From IMG/VR virus record IMGVR_UViG_3300027790_000040, positions 1 through 44,356 of that record: a DNA stretch of 44,356 nt. One strand, given 5' to 3'. Position 1 is the stretch's first letter. Every line of letters begins with the position of its first letter. A model generated the notes under the pieces. The model saw nothing but the letters and a program-made list of their open reading frames with translations. It ran no database searches and was not told where the DNA came from. This DNA is from a virus. Lineage: Duplodnaviria > Caudoviricetes. Shown here piece after piece: positions 34,861-42,675 of this stretch. A program made the translations under genes and the position numbers.

Positions 34861-35079
34861 TCAGTCCAGCCCGATCCCACACAGCGCGATGGCCTGCACG
34901 CGGTCGTCCTCGGCGACGGCCTTGCGCAGTGCCTTGAGCTGGGTCTCCAGCTCGTCGAGGCGCTCCAGGAACTCCTTGGCGTCCGCGAGCGGCATCGAGA
35001 TGTGCGTCGCCCCGTGCGCGTTCGCGATCATGTTGCGCACCGCGGTGAGGGCCATGCTGTGCTGGTCAGTCTTCGCCAT
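34861..35079 (-). CDS. Hypothetical protein
   Basis: 72-aa coiled-coil ORF between terS and terL. Confidence 0.7.
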   Translation of the reverse strand: MAKTDQHSMALTAVRNMIANAHGATHISMPLADAKEFLERLDELETQLKALRKAVAEDDRVQAIALCGIGLD

Positions 35080-35569
35080 TGTCTTCCTTGGCGCGCTCCT
35101 CGGCGAGCGCGAGCAGGTGTTGGATCTCCAGCACGCGCTGCTCGTCCGTCTTGCCGCCGAGTGCGGGGAGGTCGTGCGCGCCGCCCACCTGGAGCTTCTG
35201 GGAGTACTTGAGGGGCTGGTTCCAGATGAGCCGCTTCTCGCGTGCCCACATCTGGAGCTTGCGGTGCTGGTGGTCGTTCTCGAACTCGGTGCGGTTGTCG
35301 GCGATCTCCTGGATCTCGTCCTCGATCCAGATACAGCCGATCATCTTGGCGTGCTCGACGGCTTCGCGCAGCGCGGGGTCGGCTTTCATCCAGCGGGTGA
35401 TGGCCTGGCGCGTGATGTTGGGGTGGTCCTTGACGAACGACTGGATCGTGTAGCCCGAGGACACCCGCCAGAGCAGCTCATCGACCAGCTCGTCGGTGCG
35501 CTTCGTCGGGCGCCCCCGCGGCAGCTTGACCACGGGCGTCTCGGGTGTCTTTCGCTTCTTCGACGCCAT
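35066..35569 (-). CDS. terS: Terminase small subunit
   Basis: RGRPTKRTDELVDEL...SG HTH, EIQEIAD, RKLQMWARE and PLKYS (Sf6/P22-type pattern); upstream of terL. Confidence 0.85.
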   Translation of the reverse strand: MASKKRKTPETPVVKLPRGRPTKRTDELVDELLWRVSSGYTIQSFVKDHPNITRQAITRWMKADPALREAVEHAKMIGCIWIEDEIQEIADNRTEFENDHQHRKLQMWAREKRLIWNQPLKYSQKLQVGGAHDLPALGGKTDEQRVLEIQHLLALAEERAKEDNGED

Positions 35570-35572
35570 GCT

Positions 35573-36085
35573 CTACGTGACGGTGATGTAGTTCTCCTGG
35601 ACCTCCACGTCCATCGGGTTGCTCGCGTCGATCACGAACAGCTTGACGGTGTAGGTCCCGGGCTCCTGGTAGGTGTGCTGCGGGTTGGGGTCGTTGCTAC
35701 CCGGCTTCCCATCGGGGTCGTCCCCGAAGAACCAGATGTGGCCCAGCACGCCGTTCGGGTCGCTCGACACGCTCATGTCCTTGAACGCCACGGTGAGCGG
35801 GCGCTGCCCCGAGACCACGTCGGAGCTGAACGCTGCGGTGAGGCCCGTGCCGTAGTCCTGCACCCACTGCAGCGAGGTGACGCGGATGCCGAGCGAAAGG
35901 GCGAACTTGGTCATGTCGCTGGCCTCTTCGAGCGGGACGCCCTGGACCTTCACGACCATGTTGTGGAAGCCCTCGGCGTCGGCTGTGCCGTAGCCGGGGA
36001 CAACGGAGGACCCGGGGTATTGGGCCAGCCATGGGGCGACAGCGGAGAGGGGACCCGATGCGGTCAGCAGGTAGCGGTTGGTCAT
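35573..36085 (-). CDS. PKD (Ig-like) domain protein
   Basis: AAFSSDVVSGQRPLTVAFKDMS...WFFGD...NPQHTYQEPGTYTVKL...NYITV. Confidence 0.88.
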   Translation of the reverse strand: MTNRYLLTASGPLSAVAPWLAQYPGSSVVPGYGTADAEGFHNMVVKVQGVPLEEASDMTKFALSLGIRVTSLQWVQDYGTGLTAAFSSDVVSGQRPLTVAFKDMSVSSDPNGVLGHIWFFGDDPDGKPGSNDPNPQHTYQEPGTYTVKLFVIDASNPMDVEVQENYITVT

Positions 36086-36089
36086 GCTG

Positions 36090-38135
36090 CTAGCGTAGGT
36101 GCCACTGAGAGTTGATCCAGTCCCCGCCCGGGTAGCCGTAGACATCGGCCACGATCCGCTGCGCACGCGCGGCGACGGCGGGCACCTTGAGGCCCCACTC
36201 GGTGGCGAGGCGGTTCCAGTCGTTGAACCAGCCGGTGGTGTGGCTGTAGCCGGGCACGTTGCCGTCGTTGCCGTAGTAGCTTGCGTCGGTCGCGGCGCCG
36301 TTGTTGAAGGCCCAATAGTCGGCACAGCGCCAGCCCCCGCCAGGCACCTGGAACCAGGCGGCGCGGATGAGGGCCTCGACGTTGTCGTCGAGCGTGGACT
36401 TGATGGCGTCCATGGGCACAAGCGGGTGCATGGCGGCGAGGCCGGGGACCATCAGGCCGATCTGCCAGGCCACGCCGCACTCGACGGGGTCGCCCTCGGA
36501 GTTGACCAGGGCGCGCGGGTCGGTGTAGCGGGGCCAGCACTTGACCGGGCCGGCGATGCGATCCTGCCAGCCGTCGAGCAGGGCCACCTGCGAGCGGACC
36601 TTGTCGAGGATGCGTTCGTCGCCGGTGAGGCGGTAGGCGGCTGCCATGTCGAGCCAGGTGCGGCCGATGGCGCGGGCTGCGAACTCGTCGAAGGCGGAGA
36701 GCCAGACCTCGGTCAGGTCGCCGATCAGGTCGCGCGCCACGAGCCGGCCGGTGAGCGCGTAGTAGCTCATCAGCTCCAGGTGGCCGTAGTGCTGCTGGTC
36801 CTGGGCGAGCCAGCCCTCGGTGTCGGGGCGGATGTGTCCCACGGGCGGGATGGGCTTGCCCAAGGTGTCGGTGAACACGTCGCGCACGAAGGTGCGGCCC
36901 GACCAGGTGGCCCAATGCGGGCGGGCCTGGCGCGTCACCGGGGACAGGTCGCGCTCGTAGTAGCCGACCGGGCGGAGGTGCGAGGTGAGCCGGTAGACGT
37001 AGCCGTCCAGGGGCAGCGGGCAGCCGGTGGCGACGATCTCGGAGCCGCGGACCACGCCGTGATTGGGCTGCATGCCGGTCTGGCCGGGGGACTTGGCCAT
37101 CCCGAGGGGCCGCTCGTCCCAATAGCTGCCGCGTCGCCGTTCGAGCTGCCGCCATCGGTTCCACACCCCCTGGCCCGCCGCCCAGGCTTCCCCGTCGCCC
37201 GGGATGGCGCCAACGCCGCCCAGGCCGAGCCAGTGGCCATCCCAGACCGATCGGCCCGCACAGGCGACCACAGGCCCCTCATAGCCGGCCATCGCTGCGT
37301 CGAGCTGGGCGCGCATCGGGTGGCCCTGGTCGATCCAGACGGTCGCGGGGATGGCCTTCGGCAGCTCGATGCTGCGGCCGGTCCAGAACGGACGGACGCC
37401 GTCGGCGAGGCTGGTCTCGGCCAGGAGCTGGGACATGAACCGCCCGTTGGCGTCTGTGTCCATCGGCCCGCCCCCGAGCTTGTGGGCGTGGTCCACGACG
37501 TGGATCGCGTCGCTGCGCATCCGCACGCGGAACACCGGGTAGGTCAGCCGGTCGTCCTCCGCGTCGGACATGACGATCTGGTAGTCCCAGAGGGCCAGCG
37601 GGCTGCCGCGGTAGCGGTAGAGGTAGGCCCGCCAGAACAGCGGGGTGGGCTGGCCGTGGAGTTCGAGCCTCCGGTGCCACCGGACAACGCGCTCGGCGGA
37701 GTCCTGGTGGATCACGACCCCGGGCTCGGTCCCTGGGACCACGTGGAGTTGCACGTAACGTCCGCGATCCTGCACGTAAACGGATGGGTGGGGAACGAGT
37801 TGCGAATCCTCCATCCACCCGAGCGAGTCCAGCTCCCACTCCTCCTTGTCGAAGTCGAGGACGCCCGAGTTGCGCTCACCCGGAACGAGCCCGGAGCACC
37901 AGACGTGGACCATGACGGAGTGGTCTCCCAGGCGGCGGCCGACGACGGCCCTCCAGCCCTGCGGCGAGACGGTGCCCCATCCGAGTCCTTCGGGCACATC
38001 CGCGGCGGGGACAGCGACATGCGCCCACTCGTTGCGGGTGGTCTCGGTCGCGAGGGAGACCACTTCGATGGGGATCTGTGCGGTGAGGGCCGAGATCAGC
38101 GCGAGGGCTGCCAGGAGGATGCGTGGGAGTCTCAT
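36090..38135 (-). CDS. Secreted protein with probable alpha/alpha-barrel C-terminal domain
   Basis: Signal peptide MRLPRILLAALALISALTAQ; YYALTG and RAIGRTWLDMAAAYRLTGDERIL helical repeats. Confidence 0.7.
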   Translation of the reverse strand: MRLPRILLAALALISALTAQIPIEVVSLATETTRNEWAHVAVPAADVPEGLGWGTVSPQGWRAVVGRRLGDHSVMVHVWCSGLVPGERNSGVLDFDKEEWELDSLGWMEDSQLVPHPSVYVQDRGRYVQLHVVPGTEPGVVIHQDSAERVVRWHRRLELHGQPTPLFWRAYLYRYRGSPLALWDYQIVMSDAEDDRLTYPVFRVRMRSDAIHVVDHAHKLGGGPMDTDANGRFMSQLLAETSLADGVRPFWTGRSIELPKAIPATVWIDQGHPMRAQLDAAMAGYEGPVVACAGRSVWDGHWLGLGGVGAIPGDGEAWAAGQGVWNRWRQLERRRGSYWDERPLGMAKSPGQTGMQPNHGVVRGSEIVATGCPLPLDGYVYRLTSHLRPVGYYERDLSPVTRQARPHWATWSGRTFVRDVFTDTLGKPIPPVGHIRPDTEGWLAQDQQHYGHLELMSYYALTGRLVARDLIGDLTEVWLSAFDEFAARAIGRTWLDMAAAYRLTGDERILDKVRSQVALLDGWQDRIAGPVKCWPRYTDPRALVNSEGDPVECGVAWQIGLMVPGLAAMHPLVPMDAIKSTLDDNVEALIRAAWFQVPGGGWRCADYWAFNNGAATDASYYGNDGNVPGYSHTTGWFNDWNRLATEWGLKVPAVAARAQRIVADVYGYPGGDWINSQWHLR

Positions 38136-38137
38136 GC

Positions 38138-38155
38138 GTTGCACACAATACCAAC
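38138..38155 (-). promoter_or_regulatory. Putative late-arm promoter (TGn-TATTGT) inside operator GTTGC-N8-CCAAC
   Basis: The minus strand reads TGG-TATTGT-N9-ATG; CGTTG-N10-CAACG palindrome. Confidence 0.55.
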
Positions 38156-38296
38156 GGTGGTTCGGTCGAGAGTGCAGGAAAGCCGGGCGCGGGTCCCCTA
38201 CCGCGGCGGAGCGCAGAGAAGTGCAGCACTTTGCCGCACTACCACAACGAAGCGCAGGGAAGCGCAGAGCTTCGTTGCGCTTCGCTGAGCTTCGCG

Positions 38297-38366
38297 CCGG
38301 GAGCCGCCGGGAGCCGAACCTTGGACCATCGCGTTGGTTCGCGATGGTTCGTCATGGTTCCGGGTG
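38297..38366 (+). repeat. 70-bp direct repeat, copy 1, with internal hairpin
   Basis: 3 mismatches to 38512-38581; ACCATCGCG/CGCGATGGT stem; TGGTTC at 10-bp period. Confidence 0.92.
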
Positions 38367-38511
38367 GACATGAAGGCGGACATGTCCTCCCCGCAAGATT
38401 TCTACTCGTTGCGCCGCCTGCACTTAGCTGCCGGACAAGGGCCAAACGTGTCCGGTTGCCACCCATAGGGACACCCTGGTTTGGTCGACCGGGTCGACTG
38501 GGTCGATCACT

Positions 38512-38581
38512 CCGGGAGCCGCCGGGAGCTAAACCCTGGACCATCGCGTTGGTTCGCGATGGTTCGTCATGGTTCCGGGTG
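38512..38581 (+). repeat. 70-bp direct repeat, copy 2
   Basis: See copy 1; offset 215 bp. Confidence 0.92.
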
Positions 38582-38743
38582 TGGAAACGCAGGAACGCGG
38601 AAACCGGACAAAAACCGGCGTGTCCGGTTCTGCCGGTTTTGGCGGGAACGCGGAAACGCGGAAACCCCGGGGTGTTCTCCCCTACCCCGAGCTGGCCCGC
38701 GGGACCCATCGAACCCATCCGTCCAACTTTTCTTGACCCCTCT

Positions 38744-38773
38744 GTTGCACGCAGAGGCAACAGTCGATAGGGT
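38744..38773 (+). promoter_or_regulatory. Putative early promoter overlapped by perfect operator CTGTTGC-N8-GCAACAG
   Basis: TTGCAC-N17-TAGGGT; operator core at 38744-38761. Confidence 0.6.
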
Positions 38774-38823
38774 TCTGAGCGTGCGGCCGGGCGCTTCCCC
38801 GGAGGACATCGACGAGGACAGAC

Positions 38824-38919
38824 ATGACCGAACCATTCATCCGCCTGCGCGACGTGCTGCGGTTCTTCGCCACCCTGGTCGCCATGGTCGCGTGCGTCGC
38901 GGCGGCGGTGCTGGGGTGA
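38824..38919 (+). CDS. 31-aa single-TM peptide
   Basis: MTEPFIRLRDVLRFFATLVAMVACVAAAVLG; RBS GAGGA; GTGA overlap with the next gene. Confidence 0.6.
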   Translation: MTEPFIRLRDVLRFFATLVAMVACVAAAVLG

Positions 38920-39089
38920 GTCTGCGCTATTGGGTAGACCCCGTGCAGGGCGGGCCGGGCTGGCTTCTCTCGTGGGACCGGCGGGCGGTGTTCGCGCTCG
39001 TCGGATCCCCGCGGCGGGTGCTGGAACTCGACCACCTGCGCGCGGCGGTGCGCCGGCTGCGGCGCGGCGGCTACGTGCGTAGCATGTGA
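38916..39089 (+). CDS. Hypothetical protein
   Basis: 57 aa, GTGA-coupled start. Confidence 0.55.
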   Translation: MSLRYWVDPVQGGPGWLLSWDRRAVFALVGSPRRVLELDHLRAAVRRLRRGGYVRSM

Positions 39090-39191
39090 CAGACAGACGA
39101 CGTTCTTTCCCCCCGCGGCGCCAGACTCCTCACACAGTCAATGCGGCGTCCCGGGGGGTCCCTCAACCATTCAGACCAAGGACAGACGACG

Positions 39192-39452
39192 ATGATGAAG
39201 ACCAAGGCCCACACCTACCGCTGGGAGCGCGGCGGGCTCGTGTTTGAGATCCGGCAGACGCTCGGGTCCGCGGTGTCGACGACCGAGCACTACGTGGACG
39301 GCGAGCAGGTGACCCTGGCGGGGTTCCTGGAGCGCAACCGGGAGCTGCGGCTGTCGGAGATGCCGAGCTGGGCCGGCTGCGCCCACTGCGAGTGCGGCAG
39401 CATCGCCAGCGGGGGCGTCAAGACCTCCTGCACCTGCGATCGCTGCTTCTGA
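39192..39452 (+). CDS. Small Cys-rich protein
   Basis: CAHCEC...SCTCDRCF C-terminus; RBS AAGGA. Confidence 0.7.
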   Translation: MMKTKAHTYRWERGGLVFEIRQTLGSAVSTTEHYVDGEQVTLAGFLERNRELRLSEMPSWAGCAHCECGSIASGGVKTSCTCDRCF

Positions 39453-39459
39453 CCTACCT

Positions 39460-39565
39460 GCCCTACCCCGTGCGGCTCTGGGGTGTTCCCGGGGTCGCCC
39501 CTTGCCGGCCAGTGCTCTCGGCCTGCAGGAGCCGCTTCGCGAAGGGAGGACGGGGTAGGGCTTTT
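39460..39565 (+). ncRNA. Multi-stem structured RNA candidate ending in a U-tract
   Basis: A perfect 12-bp stem GCCCTACCCCGT/ACGGGGTAGGGC encloses GCGGCTC/GAGCCGC and further hairpins. Confidence 0.5.
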
Positions 39566-39617
39566 CTCTCGCTGACAGCCTAAGATCGAGACGCGGTCTC
39601 TCGTCGGACTGTCCTGG

Positions 39618-39654
39618 CCGGGGTGGATGGGGTTTCCTGTCCCCCCGGTTTTTT
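39618..39654 (+). terminator. Intrinsic terminator
   Basis: CCGGGG(T)GGATGG/CTGTCCCCCCGG stem followed by T6. Confidence 0.7.
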
Positions 39655-39668
39655 CTTGCCCTAGGGGC

Positions 39669-39696
39669 TTGCATGCGTTGCACGGAAGGGTAACGT
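39669..39696 (+). promoter_or_regulatory. Putative leaderless promoter overlapped by operator GTTGC-N8-GTAAC (39677-39694)
   Basis: TTGCAT-N16-TAACGT-N6-ATG, directly after a terminator. Confidence 0.6.
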
Positions 39697-39702
39697 GCGG
39701 GT

Positions 39703-39945
39703 ATGGACACACACGACGAAAACGTGAGCCGCCGGTTGCGCGCGCTCTCTACCGACATGCAGCAGAAGCTGGTCGACGCCTTCAAGCAGGCGCTCGACGT
39801 GATCGACGAGGTCGGGCGGCACGCCGAACACGCGGCGATGGCTGGTGCCCTCGTCTCGATCGCTACCGCCTACCGTTCAGCCATGGAAGGCTGCAGCACT
39901 GTCACCTGGGCCGTCAACGCCCTCACTGATGAGGGCTCTCTCTGA
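39703..39945 (+). CDS. Hypothetical protein
   Basis: 80-aa helical ORF, first of a coupled series. Confidence 0.7.
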   Translation: MDTHDENVSRRLRALSTDMQQKLVDAFKQALDVIDEVGRHAEHAAMAGALVSIATAYRSAMEGCSTVTWAVNALTDEGSL

Positions 39946-40097
39946 TGTCTTCCCTCTGGATAGACCCCGGCGAGTGCATCGTCCCTTGCCCCGGCTGCGG
40001 GCAGGAGTACGACTACCGCTACGAGTGCGACATCTGCGAGCACAACGCGGACGACGACTTTGATGCCCCCGACGACGAGGAGGACGACCATGGGTAG
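39945..40097 (+). CDS. 50-aa zinc-ribbon-like protein with acidic tail
   Basis: CPGC...CDIC then DDDFDAPDDEEDD; TGATG coupling. Confidence 0.65.
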   Translation: MSSLWIDPGECIVPCPGCGQEYDYRYECDICEHNADDDFDAPDDEEDDHG

Positions 40098-40323
40098 CGA
40101 CAAGGACAGGCGACGGAAGTGCAGCGTGGACGGCTGCACGTATCGGTGCGAGCCTGGGCGCCGCATCTGCCAGACCCACCGCAAGACGACGGCGGCGCCG
40201 ATCCAACAGGTGCCGCTGTCGCCGATGGAGGTCGAGCGCAAGCTGGCCGAGGCCGACGCGCGGGCGTGGAACTTCGAGCCCGAGTGGGCTGACCGGATGG
40301 TCGGCGGGGAGGGTGCGCGATGA
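40090..40323 (+). CDS. Small zinc-finger-like protein
   Basis: CSVDGC...ICQTH; RBS GAGGAGG. Confidence 0.7.
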   Translation: MGSDKDRRRKCSVDGCTYRCEPGRRICQTHRKTTAAPIQQVPLSPMEVERKLAEADARAWNFEPEWADRMVGGEGAR

Positions 40324-40499
40324 GCAATCGACTCATTGCCTTCGTGGCGCTAGCGGTCGCCGCTGGTGGCGTGTGGGGCTACATGGCCTCGCTGCACGGC
40401 GTGCCCGCGGGCTGGCGGTTTCTGTGCGGGACCGTCTTTGGCGCTGCGGCTGTGACGGTCTACTTCCTGACACGGGATGACATCAGAGGTGAGCTATGA
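40320..40499 (+). CDS. Small two-TM membrane protein
   Basis: MSNRLIAFVALAVAAGGVWG...FLCGTVFGAAAVTVYFL; ATGA overlaps on both sides. Confidence 0.65.
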   Translation: MSNRLIAFVALAVAAGGVWGYMASLHGVPAGWRFLCGTVFGAAAVTVYFLTRDDIRGEL

Positions 40500-40753
40500 C
40501 CGACCAGCCAACCTGCGGCACCTGCCGTTTCTGGAAAGATGATGCGCATGGTGGCCAGTGCCGTCGCCGTGCCCCAACCGTTGTGGTGAAGCAATGGGAC
40601 GAGCTGGCTTACGAGGAGGATTCCGAGACGTTCGCCTCTGTCTGCGAAGTCGTTTCGCACTGCCCGAAGGTCTCCGCGTCGTTCTGGTGCGGTGAGCATG
40701 AACCTTCTGGGTTTCAGCTATCCGGGTCCGCGACCCGTCTCCCGTGGAGATGA
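40496..40753 (+). CDS. Small Cys-rich (Zn or Fe-S binding-like) phage protein
   Basis: TCGTCRFW...GQCRRRAP...P.V...FWCGEH. Confidence 0.75.
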   Translation: MTDQPTCGTCRFWKDDAHGGQCRRRAPTVVVKQWDELAYEEDSETFASVCEVVSHCPKVSASFWCGEHEPSGFQLSGSATRLPWR

Positions 40754-40968
40754 TCCATCTCCGGGCCAACTGCACACCCGTCGCCAAGCGCAAGGACTGC
40801 TGGATCTACGAGGGCGTCATCGAGGCGTTGCTTGAAGACCCAAGCCGCGTCGAGGTTCTTGGCGAGGGCGTTGTCGAATGCCTCGGCGGGCTCAGCGACA
40901 ACGCGATCCTCCGGGAGTTCCTTGGGCTTCTGCCTGGGGGGAGAATGCCGCGAGGGGGTGCGCGATGA
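40750..40968 (+). CDS. Hypothetical protein
   Basis: ATGA-coupled 72-aa ORF ending in the shared GGAR linker. Confidence 0.65.
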   Translation: MIHLRANCTPVAKRKDCWIYEGVIEALLEDPSRVEVLGEGVVECLGGLSDNAILREFLGLLPGGRMPRGGAR

Positions 40969-41240
40969 GTAATCCTGTTCAACTCCTCGACGAGCAGAGC
41001 CCGGAAGGCGTCACCACATACTTCGTGGATATTTCCCACATGGACCACCACGTAAATCTCTACCAGGGCGAGGATCGGGATCGCGCTAGCGAAATCGAGT
41101 TCGTGCTTCGGTATGAGTTTGACCGGCTCTATGCAGCCATCAAGGCCATGCGATCTGAGTTACGGCGATCGGGCTACAGGTTCGCGATCGACCCTGAGAT
41201 TGCGGTGACCATCGACTCGGTCTGCGGGGGTGCGCGATGA
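40965..41240 (+). CDS. Hypothetical protein
   Basis: ATGA-coupled 91-aa ORF ending CGGAR. Confidence 0.7.
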   Translation: MSNPVQLLDEQSPEGVTTYFVDISHMDHHVNLYQGEDRDRASEIEFVLRYEFDRLYAAIKAMRSELRRSGYRFAIDPEIAVTIDSVCGGAR

Positions 41241-41584
41241 GCAACCCACCGCTGCCCGCTTCCGTGCTGCTCAGCGCGTTCCGGTTCCGCGTGCAGGAGA
41301 CCTCCGAGCGGTCCATCGTCTTCACTGAGGCGAACCCGATCTGCGGGCACGGCAGCCGAGTCATCATCGAGAAACTCCTCGATGGGACTGTCGATGGCAT
41401 CTGGTACGTCGAGTTGTCGAGCCAGGACCGACCCGAAGGCAGTGCCATCCCCGTGAGGATCGTCGAGCAGGCGTGCGCGTTCGCGCGACTGTGGCGCGGG
41501 GAGAGCTTCAAGCCGTGGGCTCCCCGCGAGCCATACGACGAGAAGACCGGAGAGCCGCTCGTCGAGGCTGGAGGTGCTCGATGA
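41237..41584 (+). CDS. Hypothetical protein
   Basis: ATGA-coupled 115-aa ORF ending GGAR. Confidence 0.7.
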   Translation: MSNPPLPASVLLSAFRFRVQETSERSIVFTEANPICGHGSRVIIEKLLDGTVDGIWYVELSSQDRPEGSAIPVRIVEQACAFARLWRGESFKPWAPREPYDEKTGEPLVEAGGAR

Positions 41585-42129
41585 CCGCCCCCGACTACGC
41601 CGAGCTGCGGCGGCTGGCTGAGGCTGCGAAAGACCACAAGTGGCTGACCATCCTCGCCCTGCTCGACGAGCGCGACCGGCTGCTGGATTTGCTGGCTCGC
41701 GCATACGACATCGCGACGAGTGGCATGCCAGCGCAGGATGTTCCGGGAGAAATCGCCGCGCTGTTGGTTGAGGAGGGCGATGCCGCGGTGGCGCGGGCGG
41801 ATGGATTGCACGCCATGGTGATGGACGAGGCCGCCGAGCTTGGCCTTGAGTGGCGCGACTACAAGGGCGTCGTGCCGGGCGACTTCAAGGCTCTCATCCG
41901 GCACTTCAAGGCTAGACAGGCGACTCTCGCTGCCGAGCGCGACCGGATGCGGGTGGCGCTGGAGCATGTCGAATGGGAGGGGTGGCTCGGTGACGACGAG
42001 GTCGGCTGCGCCACTTGCGACTCGCTCACGCGGTACGACCCTGTTACCGGTGTGCGATCGGGCACGCATCATCGTGACTGCATCGTCGGCCGCGCGCTCG
42101 GCCGACCCGAGTGCGGGGGTGGGTCGTGA
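41581..42129 (+). CDS. Ead/Ea22-like protein with C-terminal CxxC-H-C module
   Basis: DYAELRRLAEAA...TILALLDERDRL; CATC...HHRDCIVGRALGRPECGG. Confidence 0.7.
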   Translation: MTAPDYAELRRLAEAAKDHKWLTILALLDERDRLLDLLARAYDIATSGMPAQDVPGEIAALLVEEGDAAVARADGLHAMVMDEAAELGLEWRDYKGVVPGDFKALIRHFKARQATLAAERDRMRVALEHVEWEGWLGDDEVGCATCDSLTRYDPVTGVRSGTHHRDCIVGRALGRPECGGGS

Positions 42130-42374
42130 GCGATCAACCAAGACGCGGGGACGTGGCCAGGACTGCCATCAGAGGCATCCGAAAGTATCAGGAGATGGTC
42201 GTTGAGCGCGACGCCCTGCGCGAGCTTGTTCGGCGTGCGTCGACCGACTCCTGCGTGACGACCAGCGATGAACCTGGGTGCTTCTTTTGCGACCGCGTAG
42301 ATCACACGCCTGATTGCCCTGCGGGGCGCCTGCTCAGTAGGGCTGAGTGCCAGGAGGGCGACGATGGACGCTGA
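42126..42374 (+). CDS. Hypothetical protein with CxxC-H-C module
   Basis: ERDALRELV...CFFC..DHTPDCPAGRLL; GTGA coupling. Confidence 0.7.
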   Translation: MSDQPRRGDVARTAIRGIRKYQEMVVERDALRELVRRASTDSCVTTSDEPGCFFCDRVDHTPDCPAGRLLSRAECQEGDDGR

Positions 42375-42675
42375 GAGGAAGGCGACGGCTCGCGCGTGGT
42401 GCGCGCGATCGAAAGATGCCTATGCGCGGGCTCTCATGGGCGAAGCCCTCGACGCGCTCGACGCTGCCGAGGTCGAACTGGTCGGCCCGGTCTTCATTCT
42501 CAAGGGCGGCAGTAGTGAGGACGGGCGAGCCGACTATTGCACCGACAACACGATCGGATACACGAGAGACCCTGAAGTAGTCGAGATGCATCGGGCGTGG
42601 ATCAAAGAGAGCCCGTATCGGTTTGGGTGGGTGACTAAGGTTGATCCGATCACCGAGTGCGGGGGTGGGTCGTGA
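42364..42675 (+). CDS. Hypothetical protein
   Basis: 103 aa; RBS GGAGG; ends ECGGGS. Confidence 0.7.
   Translation: MDAERKATARAWCARSKDAYARALMGEALDALDAAEVELVGPVFILKGGSSEDGRADYCTDNTIGYTRDPEVVEMHRAWIKESPYRFGWVTKVDPITECGGGS

Noticed and set aside
4193-38135. Genome-wide TAG reassignment (code 15)
   Set aside because: Conserved genes are full length under code 11 and TAG falls at expected C-termini. In-frame amber junctions are no more frequent than chance.
38297-38581. CRISPR mini-array
   Set aside because: There are only two repeats, each 70 bp, separated by 145 bp, and no cas genes.
38123-38770. Protein-coding ORFs in the repeat mosaic (38123-38770, 38239-38760)
   Set aside because: The translations only mirror the DNA repeats and lack an RBS and codon bias.
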